From assembly GCA_028867755.1 (NCBI GenBank), contig JAGWFT010000001.1:676727-740726 (forward strand): a stretch of 64,000 nucleotides of DNA, read 5' to 3'. This stretch comes from Nitrososphaerota archaeon (GTDB taxonomy: Archaea > Thermoproteota > Nitrososphaeria > Nitrososphaerales > Nitrosopumilaceae). Shown here piece by piece: positions 47,913 through 57,376 of this stretch. The first letter of the stretch is position 1. Every line of letters begins with the position of its first letter. Below the pieces are notes generated by a model. That model ran no database searches and had not been told where the DNA came from. It saw nothing but the letters and a program-made list of their open reading frames with translations. The position numbers and the translations under genes were made by a program.

Positions 47913-48587
47913 TTAATTTTGTAATCTAAACACTGATCTCATTTCATCTACGCTGAACTGTCCTGGTGCAATTGGTTTGCCAAGTGACACATAGGTAAAA
48001 AGACTCCCAAGTCTTGTACATAAAATTCTAGACATTCTGCCATAATCGCCCATTGCAAACGCAATCAGGTTTGATCTACGTGGAATTCCTTTGTATAAAT
48101 TGAGAATTCGAAGTGTATCATTGATAGTTCTAGCTGTAGTTACAATCTTGACATTTTTTGAAAGTTTTGCCATTTTTTTTGCCATCATTTTTAAATATTT
48201 TTCACTCGGAGTTTTTGAAAAATCATGCCATGATACCAATAAACTCACTCTTGTTTTTTTGAGATATTGGTGCATGGACTTGTTTTTTCTTAATGTGTTG
48301 TATTCGACATCAAGAAGATACGGGTTAAACTCTGCAATCAGTTTTAGTATGGATATTCTTTCTGTTTCAGTACCAGAAAACTTGCCGCCCTCCGATTTAG
48401 GTCTGAGGGTACATACACATCTTCCTAAATATGGCTTGACTATATTCAGACAATGAGGAATTTGAGTTGGATTCAAAAAATCCAGTCTTAGTTCAGCATA
48501 GTCAGATTTGTTCAGTGCTGTTCTCAGATTAGCCACGAGCTTTGCTACGCTACGTACGCCAATTGATACGCATGTTTTATTGGCCAT
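47913..48587 (-). CDS. aroD: Type I 3-dehydroquinate dehydratase
   Basis: AELRLD, SWHDF, KIVT, AFAMG, PIAPGQ. Confidence 0.93.
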   Translation of the reverse strand: MANKTCVSIGVRSVAKLVANLRTALNKSDYAELRLDFLNPTQIPHCLNIVKPYLGRCVCTLRPKSEGGKFSGTETERISILKLIAEFNPYLLDVEYNTLRKNKSMHQYLKKTRVSLLVSWHDFSKTPSEKYLKMMAKKMAKLSKNVKIVTTARTINDTLRILNLYKGIPRRSNLIAFAMGDYGRMSRILCTRLGSLFTYVSLGKPIAPGQFSVDEMRSVFRLQN

Positions 48588-48615
48588 TCTTAGTTTTATG
48601 TCGTATTTGGTTTAC

Positions 48616-48918
48616 CTAACCTGATTTGAGTTGGTTTGCTGGCGTGCAAGCTTCCCATTGTTTCAATGAGGCACATTGACCAGGATTGCGTTGTGCGCTA
48701 CCTATTGCTTGTTTCATTGCTGACCATTCTTGTGGTGAGCAAAGATGATCTCCACATATGTATTGTCCACCCAAAAATCTATCTGTCTTGTGAGTGTCTT
48801 GTAGGTACTTGAAGTCTCTTGGTGTCAATGCACTTGCAGATGGTGTTGCCACTGCATAGATGACTATGGCTGACAACATTACTGCGGCCAATCCAAATCG
48901 CTGTTTTTGATTTAGCAT
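48616..48918 (-). CDS. Small secreted protein with CGDHLC motif
   Basis: Signal peptide ending ASA; YICGDHLCS; start at ATG 48918 fits TATA about 25 nt upstream. Confidence 0.7.
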   Translation of the reverse strand: MLNQKQRFGLAAVMLSAIVIYAVATPSASALTPRDFKYLQDTHKTDRFLGGQYICGDHLCSPQEWSAMKQAIGSAQRNPGQCASLKQWEACTPANQLKSG

Positions 48919-49078
48919 CTGTGAGCTTGTATATCCCACGGGTATATTTACATTAGCATACAATCGTACTTGATTATGAGATCTAAAAATGCCATCTGGG
49001 TTGTTTTTTCTTGACATAGGCATTTCCCGAACAATCTCTAAAGAAACTTTTATGAAACGATCAAAACATGAACGTTAT

Positions 49079-49375
49079 ATGAGCACAGAAAACAGACAGG
49101 ACGCAAAAGATACCGTATTCATTGGGAAAAAGCCTTTGATGGCATATGTGACATCAGCACTCATACAGCTTGCTAATCAGCCAAAAGTATCGATAAAGGC
49201 CAGAGGGCTTAGCATCGGTAGAGCTGTGGACGTGGCACAAATAATTGCTAGAAGGACAGATGGTTCCGGGTATTCTATAGGTGAGATCAAAATTGGATCT
49301 GAGCAGCTCGAGTCAAATGACGGAAGACCAAGAAATGTATCTACTATGGAAATTGAAATAAAGAAAAATGCATAA
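49079..49375 (+). CDS. albA: Alba DNA/RNA-binding protein
   Basis: IGKKPLMAY, IKARGLSIGRAVDVA, RNVSTMEI; start at ATG 49079. Confidence 0.95.
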   Translation: MSTENRQDAKDTVFIGKKPLMAYVTSALIQLANQPKVSIKARGLSIGRAVDVAQIIARRTDGSGYSIGEIKIGSEQLESNDGRPRNVSTMEIEIKKNA

Positions 49376-49486
49376 GATTGTCTAAAACATGTCCAACACT
49401 ACATGTTTTAGCTGTTTTTCTTTGATTTCTATTTATGAACAAGACAATTAATTTTCAAATATTAAATATTAAACCACTTTAGGAAG

Positions 49487-50335
49487 GTGGTGTGGAAACC
49501 AAACTCTATCGTAGTTTCTGATTCTAGAGATCTTTCCAAGATTAGAAAGAATACCATATCGCTCACTGTAACATCACCACCATATCATAATGCAATAAAT
49601 TATGATGAACATCAGGACACTCAAAAGTGGTATAGAGGAACAGTAGGGGCATCAATTGAGAGCTGGCTTGAAGAAATGAAACAAGTGTTCTCTCAAGTCT
49701 ATCAAGTAACCAAACCTGGGGGATACTGTTGCATTGTCATAGGAAATGAGATAATAGAAGAAAAAAACAAACTGCCTTTGCCAGCCATGCTGTCAGTTGA
49801 ACTGACAAAAAATGACATTGGGTGGAGGTTCTTTGAGGAGATAGTTTGGAATAAGGTAACCGGGGGCAAAAAGCGATTCCGTGTTACTGTACAGCATCCG
49901 TATCCAACCTATTACTATCCTAATATCATGCACGAGCAGATTATCATACTGCGAAAGGCTCCATTTTACAACGTAAAGGACAAGAAAAGCAGGCTTAGAG
50001 TAGACAACATAATGAAAAAGGAGATTGCAAATTCAGTATGGCATATTGCCCCTGTTCCCCCAAGCTACAGAAAGTTCCATCCGGCCGCTTTTCCAGAGGA
50101 GATTCCATATAGGCTTATCCAGCTTTACAGTAATGTAGGTGATCTGGTCTTGGACCCCTTTACAGGGAGTGGGCAGACTACCAAGATGGCTAGATTTCTC
50201 AAGCGAAAATACATAGGAATCGACAAGTCAGAAAAGTACGTCAAGATTGCAAGAAAAAGAACAATAGAGCCTCCACTACTTCGTAAATTGCAGTTAGTGC
50301 CTAACTGGAAATTCCCAGAATTGCTTGATTTCTAG
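49487..50335 (+). CDS. Orphan amino-DNA methyltransferase (beta class, SPPY)
   Basis: TSPPY before DPFTGSGQT; HPAAFP. Confidence 0.9.
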   Translation: MVWKPNSIVVSDSRDLSKIRKNTISLTVTSPPYHNAINYDEHQDTQKWYRGTVGASIESWLEEMKQVFSQVYQVTKPGGYCCIVIGNEIIEEKNKLPLPAMLSVELTKNDIGWRFFEEIVWNKVTGGKKRFRVTVQHPYPTYYYPNIMHEQIIILRKAPFYNVKDKKSRLRVDNIMKKEIANSVWHIAPVPPSYRKFHPAAFPEEIPYRLIQLYSNVGDLVLDPFTGSGQTTKMARFLKRKYIGIDKSEKYVKIARKRTIEPPLLRKLQLVPNWKFPELLDF

Positions 50336-50387
50336 TCGTTTCATCGGTGATAGTAAAGGTTATCTATTAAGTATAGTCATTCAAGCC

Positions 50388-50591
50388 ATGGTAAGTCCAA
50401 ACAGCAAGTCGTATTTTCGAGAGGTAGACAAAAGCCATAGGAAATACACTTCTGCACTAAAGAGAGCCAGATCAAGACAATCTGTGATGAATCTTTATTG
50501 GCATCACAAAAGACAACATGAGGCTCTTTTGAGAAAACATCTCAAAGACGAGATGGTTGAAATAGTTCAAATAAAAAAGAAATTCAAATAA
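50388..50591 (+). CDS. Small basic hypothetical protein
   Basis: 67 aa from ATG 50388; His/Lys/Arg-rich helical ORF. Confidence 0.65.
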   Translation: MVSPNSKSYFREVDKSHRKYTSALKRARSRQSVMNLYWHHKRQHEALLRKHLKDEMVEIVQIKKKFK

Positions 50592-50625
50592 CTTTTTCTT
50601 TTTCTTTAATGACAATAAACTTGTT

Positions 50626-50811
50626 TTAATTATTACTAAAAGAATCGCGCCACATCTTTACTACTGATATATCAGAACTGTTTTCATTTATCTTGGAAAT
50701 TTTTGACTTGTTGTCCTTGTGTTGCTGTGTGTTCACATGGTTCTCCATTTCTTTTTCCTCTATCTCTTCTGAGCATATGTTACAGCGTAGATTCAATGTA
50801 TTCAAAGGCAA
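50626..50811 (-). CDS. Small C2H2 (U1-like) zinc-finger protein
   Basis: CNIC-x12-H-x5-H. Confidence 0.7.
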   Translation of the reverse strand: MPLNTLNLRCNICSEEIEEKEMENHVNTQQHKDNKSKISKINENSSDISVVKMWRDSFSNN

Positions 50812-50962
50812 AAATTCACTATATTAACTTGACAGAATCTAATAATGTTCGATCAGTGAAATATCCAAGCAAGACTGTGCCGTGCGTAAATTGAGTAAGT
50901 TTTTGCCTTTTTCGAGGCTTTAACATAACAACTGTTGTCTTGATAGAATGTTAGAACTAATT

Positions 50963-52018
50963 TTATTTTTCGATAATGTATTCATCATCTACTTCCATGC
51001 CAAAATGTCTTCCAGTTGCTGATTTGGCATGTGCAAGTACAGCGTCTCCTCTTTTGAGATGAGTCACTGATACCAGATGTCCATTTGGGCGTACAAATCT
51101 GATTGTTTCTGCATTTTGGGCAATTATGCCGCCAACTTCATCATCAATTTGAGCTTTTATCATTAACATCGGTCTGCTCTCTATTTTTGAGCGGCCAACA
51201 GTAGCTCTTCTAGCTCTTCCATGTGAATCAGTTACTAGCACCTCTGATCCTGTCTCCAATTCTGAAAGATACTTGGTGGTTCCATCTGGTGATAATGTGT
51301 AACAATGGACAGCTCCAGCATTAACCCTGAAAGGTCTAGGTGATGTAAAAGAAGATCCTACAGATTCGTTGTGAACCAAAAACAAAAAGTTTGATCTACT
51401 TCCTATCAGCATACCTTCTCCTCGACCAAGCATAGATGCAGTGTCCACACAGACACGCTCACCATTTCCAACTTCTTTTATCTCAAGAATCTTTGCAGGC
51501 TTGAGGTCAAAGCTCCTTGTTCCAAGGTAGACTAGTGCTTCCCTTACCTCATTTAGTGAACTTGTCAAGAATATGACTCCATCGACACCTATCTCTAGTA
51601 TGGAGAACATCTTTCTAACCTCTTCAGGTGAATTGGCAATGGCAAATATCTTTGTGTGAATCTTGTGCAGTTTTGCTATGATATTCTCAAGAGGAATTAT
51701 CTTCCAGTCTTTTACTTCAACTACCACAAAATCAAGTCCTTGCTTTGCAAACTGTAATATCTTTTCAATATCTGTATTTGATAACACCTTGAACTTCATT
51801 CCAACCTTTTTTCCTCTAGTGTTTGCTGCCTTGTCTACTATTACATAATCAGCATTTTGTGAGGCGTGAATCGTTGCAAGTTTTGTCTTCAATCCCTTAA
51901 GGGATGAAGGGTCTACATTGACAATCTTGATTCCCTCCTTTTCTATCTCAGTCAAAAATTTGGCAAGTTGGCCCCGCGATACCTTGGGGGATATGATAAG
52001 CTCTCTACTTTTTGCCAA
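50963..52018 (-). CDS. aroB': 3-dehydroquinate synthase II
   Basis: GERVCVDT, RPFRVNAGAVH, QNAETIR, RHFGM. Confidence 0.95.
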   Translation of the reverse strand: MAKSRELIISPKVSRGQLAKFLTEIEKEGIKIVNVDPSSLKGLKTKLATIHASQNADYVIVDKAANTRGKKVGMKFKVLSNTDIEKILQFAKQGLDFVVVEVKDWKIIPLENIIAKLHKIHTKIFAIANSPEEVRKMFSILEIGVDGVIFLTSSLNEVREALVYLGTRSFDLKPAKILEIKEVGNGERVCVDTASMLGRGEGMLIGSRSNFLFLVHNESVGSSFTSPRPFRVNAGAVHCYTLSPDGTTKYLSELETGSEVLVTDSHGRARRATVGRSKIESRPMLMIKAQIDDEVGGIIAQNAETIRFVRPNGHLVSVTHLKRGDAVLAHAKSATGRHFGMEVDDEYIIEK

Positions 52019-52793
52019 GATGTTTTGCAGCTTCCTTTGCTGTTTCTTTTCTAAATATTATTGCAGCAAGAGCATGAGTCATCTTGGTCGGACTGGCATG
52101 CTCAAAGATGTTTCTTCCATATGTAACTCCCTTAGCTCCAGCCTGCATTGCTTCTTCTGTCATCTGTAGTATGTCCTTGTCTGTCTTTGCTTTTGGACCA
52201 CCTGCAATTACAACTGGAACTGGAGTACTCTTTACTATCTTAGAAAATGAACCTATGTCTCCAGTATACAATGTCTTGACAATGTCAGCGCCACACTCTG
52301 CACCAATTCTTGCCGCGTGTCCAACAATTTCTGGGTCATGTGGATTCTTTACGTTTTCTCCTCTTGGGTACATCATTGCAAGTAATGGCATACTCCACTT
52401 GTGACATTCATCCGATATTTTTCCAAGTTGCTCAAGCATTTCTGGTTCTTCTTTTCCGCCAATGTTGATATGCAAAGATACTCCATCTGCTCCAAGTCGC
52501 ATTGCTTCTTCGACTGTTCCAATGAGCATCTTTCTGTTTGGAGACATGGAAAGGGACGTACTTGCAGAATAATGAACTAGTAATCCAATCTTAGTTGGTT
52601 TGGGCAAGTTCTTGAAAATTCCTTTATTGATTATAACAGATGTAAGACCAAAATTCTGGCATGCGTAGATCAAGGGATATGGATCTTCAATTCCCTTTAT
52701 GGGACCGCTTGATATTCCGTGGTCCATGGGGATACACAGCATCTTACCATTTCGCATTATGCGATTCATTCTAATTTGAAAACCACTGACCAT
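52005..52793 (-). CDS. aroA': 2-amino-3,7-dideoxy-D-threo-hept-6-ulosonate synthase
   Basis: IPMDHG, AMMYPRG, ADIVKT, AGGPK; adjacent to aroB'. Confidence 0.9.
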   Translation of the reverse strand: MVSGFQIRMNRIMRNGKMLCIPMDHGISSGPIKGIEDPYPLIYACQNFGLTSVIINKGIFKNLPKPTKIGLLVHYSASTSLSMSPNRKMLIGTVEEAMRLGADGVSLHINIGGKEEPEMLEQLGKISDECHKWSMPLLAMMYPRGENVKNPHDPEIVGHAARIGAECGADIVKTLYTGDIGSFSKIVKSTPVPVVIAGGPKAKTDKDILQMTEEAMQAGAKGVTYGRNIFEHASPTKMTHALAAIIFRKETAKEAAKHLGKK

Positions 52794-52956
52794 TGGAGTT
52801 AATCCTTAGTGTGCCCTACTTAAAAATAACGGGTTTTGTTATACGAATACAATATTATCCAAACCCGTCTCATGCAAGTTCGTATTTTATCTATGGTAAA
52901 CTTTCATGATTTGGCCCTCAAACGATTAAATACAATAGGAAAAGATCAAGAGTCAA

Positions 52957-54075
52957 TTGAGCCAGCTAACTCAGCAACTTCATCACTCCGAGATAGGTGA
53001 CATTTTAGAAAACTCTGTTGCTGGAAAAAGGCCTGGTTATGATGAATGCATGAGGCTTTTGGAATCTGATGATGTTCATCTGATGGGTCTTGTAGGTGGA
53101 CATCTTACAAGAAAAAAATTTGGAAAAAGAGCTTCATTTGTAAACAACATGATTCTCAACTACACCAATGTGTGTATTACTGATTGCAAGTTTTGTGCAT
53201 TTTACAGGCCTCCGGGACATGATGAATCTTATACTGTATCATTAGAACAGGTTGAATCACGATTAAAGGCAGCGTGGGAGATGTTTGGCATCACGCAGGT
53301 GATGTTTCAGGGAGGACACAACCCAAAGCTTAGAATCGAATACTATGAAGACGCATTTAGGCTCATACGAAAAAAGTTTCCCAAAGTGGGAATCCATGCT
53401 CTTTCAGCATCTGAAATTGATATGATATCAAAAGTAGAGCATACCAGTACTAAAGAAGTTCTTGCAAGGCTAAAAGAAGCAGGTCTTCAATCAGTACCTG
53501 GTGCAGGTGCTGAAATTCTAGTTGACAGCGTAAAACAAGTGATAAGTCCAAAAAAGATCTCAAGTGATACATGGCTTAGAATAATGGAAGAAGCTCACAG
53601 TATCGATATCCCAGCATCTGCCACAATGATGTATGGACATGTTGAGACAAAAAAAGAGATTGCAGAACACTTTGTAAAGATTGGAAAACTTCAGGAAAAA
53701 ACTGGCGGATTTATGGCATTTATTCCGTGGAGCTTTGAGCCAAACAACACACTAATGCAAAAAGAAGAGACAGTCAAGTATGCTGCAGGTGGAACTGAAC
53801 TGCTAAAGATGATTGCAATATCAAGAATAATGTATGATGGTCTTATACCTCACATCCAGTCATCTTGGCTTACAAACGGTATAGCAATGGCTCAGATGGC
53901 ATTGCAATATGGTGCAGATGACTTTGGAGGCACACTACTTGGAGAAGAGGTAGTATCATGCACAGGTGCCAGGTCTACCGAACTTACAGCACCTAAAATT
54001 ATTGATGCCGTAAAACAAATTGGATATCAAGTAGAAGAGCGCGACAACTTTTACAATGCTATAAAAACGTATTAA
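52957..54075 (+). CDS. mqnC: Radical SAM enzyme, MqnC-like (CofH family)
   Basis: NYTNVCITDCKFCAF, QGG.NP, GAGAEIL, ATMMYGH, FIPW; tail-to-tail with a UbiD gene. Confidence 0.75.
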   Translation: MSQLTQQLHHSEIGDILENSVAGKRPGYDECMRLLESDDVHLMGLVGGHLTRKKFGKRASFVNNMILNYTNVCITDCKFCAFYRPPGHDESYTVSLEQVESRLKAAWEMFGITQVMFQGGHNPKLRIEYYEDAFRLIRKKFPKVGIHALSASEIDMISKVEHTSTKEVLARLKEAGLQSVPGAGAEILVDSVKQVISPKKISSDTWLRIMEEAHSIDIPASATMMYGHVETKKEIAEHFVKIGKLQEKTGGFMAFIPWSFEPNNTLMQKEETVKYAAGGTELLKMIAISRIMYDGLIPHIQSSWLTNGIAMAQMALQYGADDFGGTLLGEEVVSCTGARSTELTAPKIIDAVKQIGYQVEERDNFYNAIKTY

Positions 54076-55514
54076 ATTCCGTAACTGGACCATTTAGAGT
54101 CTACAAGTTTCTTGGTCTCTTCATCTGATTTGACAAGCTCTTGGATCTCTCTTTGATATCCTTCCTCTCTTGTTTTTTGTGTGGCGTCGATGCCAAGTTT
54201 TGAGCCAAGGTTGACAAGCGGTGACGCAGGGTCAAGTGTGTCAGTTGGTGTATTGTTGATTATGGTGACATCCCTTGCAGCGTCTGCACGAGTTGTAATG
54301 GCCCATATGATATCATTCATGTCATGTACATTGACATCTTCATCAACCACGACAAAAATTTTTGTCAGTGCAAGCTGACCCATTCCCCACAAGCCCATCA
54401 TGACTTTTTTTGCCTGTCCGGGATATCTTTTCTTGATTGATATTATTGCCATGCCTTGGAACCATCCTGCAGCAGGCATTGCAAAATCAACCACTTCAGG
54501 ATGAAACATTCTGATAAGTGGAAGAAATGAGCGTTCTATTACTTTGCCAATGAAAGCATCTTCTAAGATTGGTTTTCCAACTATGGTAGTAAGATAGATT
54601 GGTTTTTGCCTTCTCATGATTCCAGTCAATGTGAACACTGGATATGGTTCTGGAGGAGTATAGTATCCTGTATGATCACCAAACGGGCCTTCCATTCTAA
54701 TGTCTGAAGGGTCAACATATCCTTCTAGCACAATCTCAGCGTTTGCAGGAACTTCCAAGTCTACTGTTTTGCACTTGACAGTCTTAATTCCAGTCTTTCT
54801 TGTTATTCCGGCAAAGATATACTTGTCAAGCCCTTCTGGCACTGGTGCTACTGCAGAAAAGACTGTTGCAGGGTCTGCACCAATTATTACTGCTACTTCT
54901 ATCTTGTTACCTGAATCTTTTTTGATATCATAATGATGTGCTCCACGCTTGTGTTTTTGCCAGTGCATGAGAGCATGAGTCTTGTCCAATACCTGCATTC
55001 TGTATACGCCAAGGTTTCTAACGCCTGTCTCGGGATGTTTTGTCGCAACAAGGCCAAACGTGATGAATCTTCCTGCATCCTTTGGCCATGTTTTCAAGAT
55101 TGGGATTTTTTCAAATGATGGCAAGTCTTCAAATACTTCTGTCACAGGGCCACTCTTTTGCAATTTTGGAGCAATATCAGTTATCTTTGAAAGCTCGGGA
55201 AGTTTTCGTAATTTATCCAAGATTCCACTTGGAACTTCCATGCGAGTCATGTCTACAATTCTCTGACCAATCTCTGTAAAGTCAGAGCTCTCCAGCCCAA
55301 TCTCTAATCGTTTCATAGAACCAAAAGCGTTTCCTAAAACTGGCATGTCATAATTTTTTACATTTTCAAAAAGAACTGCCGGTCCATTTGAATACATGAC
55401 ACGACTTAGAATTTCTGAAATTTCCAGATTAGAGTCAACCTCTGTCTTCACTCTTTTCAGCTCGCCTGCTTTTTCTAGCTTGTCTGCAAACTCGGAAAGC
55501 TCTTCAATTGGCAC
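54072..55514 (-). CDS. UbiD-family decarboxylase (menaquinone synthesis)
   Basis: RNLGVYRMQ, EGPFGDHTGYY, DTLDPAS, KLGIDAT; start probably GTG 55514. Confidence 0.9.
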   Translation of the reverse strand: MPIEELSEFADKLEKAGELKRVKTEVDSNLEISEILSRVMYSNGPAVLFENVKNYDMPVLGNAFGSMKRLEIGLESSDFTEIGQRIVDMTRMEVPSGILDKLRKLPELSKITDIAPKLQKSGPVTEVFEDLPSFEKIPILKTWPKDAGRFITFGLVATKHPETGVRNLGVYRMQVLDKTHALMHWQKHKRGAHHYDIKKDSGNKIEVAVIIGADPATVFSAVAPVPEGLDKYIFAGITRKTGIKTVKCKTVDLEVPANAEIVLEGYVDPSDIRMEGPFGDHTGYYTPPEPYPVFTLTGIMRRQKPIYLTTIVGKPILEDAFIGKVIERSFLPLIRMFHPEVVDFAMPAAGWFQGMAIISIKKRYPGQAKKVMMGLWGMGQLALTKIFVVVDEDVNVHDMNDIIWAITTRADAARDVTIINNTPTDTLDPASPLVNLGSKLGIDATQKTREEGYQREIQELVKSDEETKKLVDSKWSSYGI

Positions 55515-55624
55515 ATGTCTTCTGAATGTGTATCTAGTATAAAGCTTAACTGGATTTGTGCCCAAGAAACAGGAAAGGGTTTTAACAAAAGAACTTTAAT
55601 TATCCTCTAAGGGAATGGCATAAG

Positions 55625-55855
55625 TTGTCCGGCCAAAAATGTTCCGTCTGTGGAGGCGGCGGGAAGATTGTTCTTTTAGATACCCAATGCTCTTTTTGCA
55701 ATGGAACTGGAGAATTTAGCAAAACTGCAGAAAGTTATATGAAATCGCACATTTGTCAATGTATATTTTTGGATAGGATAACATGTCCACTCTGTGGAAA
55801 AAAATGTCATCACGATACTCCAAACAAACCGAAAATTTTGATAGGCCCAGTCTAG
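55625..55855 (+). CDS. Small Cys-rich zinc-binding protein
   Basis: CSVCGGGG and CSFCNGTG DnaJ-type repeats plus HICQC, CPLC, CHH. Confidence 0.75.
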   Translation: MSGQKCSVCGGGGKIVLLDTQCSFCNGTGEFSKTAESYMKSHICQCIFLDRITCPLCGKKCHHDTPNKPKILIGPV

Positions 55856-56229
55856 ACGACTGGTGGCAATTCATTTTTCTTGTCGTGACCGCCAGAGCCA
55901 AATCTACAGTAAAAGCACTGGTCTGATTGCATGTACTTTAACTGTTCAATTTTTATCGCTCCAATCTTGAGCGCAATCTTGGTGAGGATTCTGTACTTGA
56001 GCGGCATTGCAGGAATCACCTCTTTTAGGTACACACGATAATGGTCAGGACAGAACTTTAACGTAATATTACTTGCTTCTTTTGAGGTCTCGCTTACTGT
56101 TTTGGCTACATTGATCTGCTCTCTTATGTATTCGTGCTTTGGGCAAGGGCAATCCTTTCCTCCTGGATGTTTGTATGCGGGTGTGTTTTTCCAGTCAAAT
56201 TCGGGATATTCCTTCTCAAAGTCGTCCAA
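55852..56229 (-). CDS. Cys/His-containing hypothetical protein
   Basis: CPCPKH, CPDH, CFYC. Confidence 0.7.
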   Translation of the reverse strand: MDDFEKEYPEFDWKNTPAYKHPGGKDCPCPKHEYIREQINVAKTVSETSKEASNITLKFCPDHYRVYLKEVIPAMPLKYRILTKIALKIGAIKIEQLKYMQSDQCFYCRFGSGGHDKKNELPPVV

Positions 56230-56327
56230 CGGCTTAAAATCGGCCTTTACTCATATAAAACTTCTATAAATAGTGAAACCAAGCGTGATCAAAATCTAAA
56301 TAAACCACTTTACCAGAAATCAAACAC

Positions 56328-56840
56328 ATGTCAAAAGAATCCAAACCAAAAAGAACACGTTCTACTAAAAAAATTTCAGAGGAAGGATCTCATACTGCAG
56401 AACTTGAGGCAAAAATAGCAGAGCTTGAAGCCAAGCTTTCTAATTTATCTTCGCAGGTAAAACCAGCAGAAGTAAAGCACACTCACACAGCACCACCACC
56501 TCCACCAGCTCCAAAACCAAGACCTGCAGCTTCAGGTCCAACACACGGTACATTGCCAGCTGGAATGAAACCAACTCCACCACCAGCTACAAAAGAAGAA
56601 TCAAGAACTGAAAGCTATTCTGCTCCAGAGCCAGGCCAAGTGGCACCAGCTTATGCGCAAATTAGCTCAACAGGTTACACTGGAAACAAATACTTTGCAA
56701 CAAGAAGGAGATTATCATATCATCCACCAAACAAGCAGTTTACGGGATCAGGATCAACAACTACTGCGGCACCGCCAGCTCCAGAGCCACCAAAACCAAA
56801 AACTATGCGCGGAACACTGCCAGCAGGTTTCAAGCCTTAA
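56328..56840 (+). CDS. Pro-rich low-complexity protein with short coiled coil
   Basis: Basic N-tail, AELEAKIAELEAKL heptads, two GTLPAGxKP repeats. Confidence 0.7.
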   Translation: MSKESKPKRTRSTKKISEEGSHTAELEAKIAELEAKLSNLSSQVKPAEVKHTHTAPPPPPAPKPRPAASGPTHGTLPAGMKPTPPPATKEESRTESYSAPEPGQVAPAYAQISSTGYTGNKYFATRRRLSYHPPNKQFTGSGSTTTAAPPAPEPPKPKTMRGTLPAGFKP

Positions 56841-57288
56841 AGGCATCTAGCACTTCTTGTGAGTGTCCTGCAGGTTTTACTTTTTCAAAAACCCTCAAGA
56901 TTTTTCCTTTTTCATCTACTAGGAAAGTTGTTCTGTTTACTCCCATGTACTCTTTACCCATGAACTGTTTCTTTCCCCAAACGCCAAATTTCTTTGCTAT
57001 TTCTTTGTCGGTATCAGCAAGCAAGATGAATGGGACACTCATCTTTTCACCAAACTTTTTGTGAGACTCTTCATCGTCAGGACTGATTCCAACTATCTCA
57101 ATTCCAGCACTCTTGAATTTCTTGTAATCTCTTGAAAACTCTGCAGCCTCTGTAGTGCATCCTGGCGTGAAATCCTTTGGGTAAAAATAAACGACGTATT
57201 TTTTCCCCTTAAAGTCTGATTTTTTGAGAACCTTTCCCTCTGCGTTTTTTAGCTCAAAATCGGGAACTTGATCACCTATAGTTAGCAT
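56830..57288 (-). CDS. bcp: Peroxiredoxin (Bcp/PrxQ)
   Basis: YFYPKDFTPGCTTE. Confidence 0.93.
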   Translation of the reverse strand: MLTIGDQVPDFELKNAEGKVLKKSDFKGKKYVVYFYPKDFTPGCTTEAAEFSRDYKKFKSAGIEIVGISPDDEESHKKFGEKMSVPFILLADTDKEIAKKFGVWGKKQFMGKEYMGVNRTTFLVDEKGKILRVFEKVKPAGHSQEVLDAFKA

Positions 57289-57376
57289 GATAACAAAAAA
57301 TGATGAATCCCTAATTATTTTTTGTCAAGTTAATTTCGAATGTTTTATATGGTATGTCTCTAGGTCATATCGAGTA

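Noticed and set aside
52957-54075. CofH (F420 synthesis) call
   Set aside because: No cof genes nearby, and UbiD/chorismate context favours MqnC; not fully excluded
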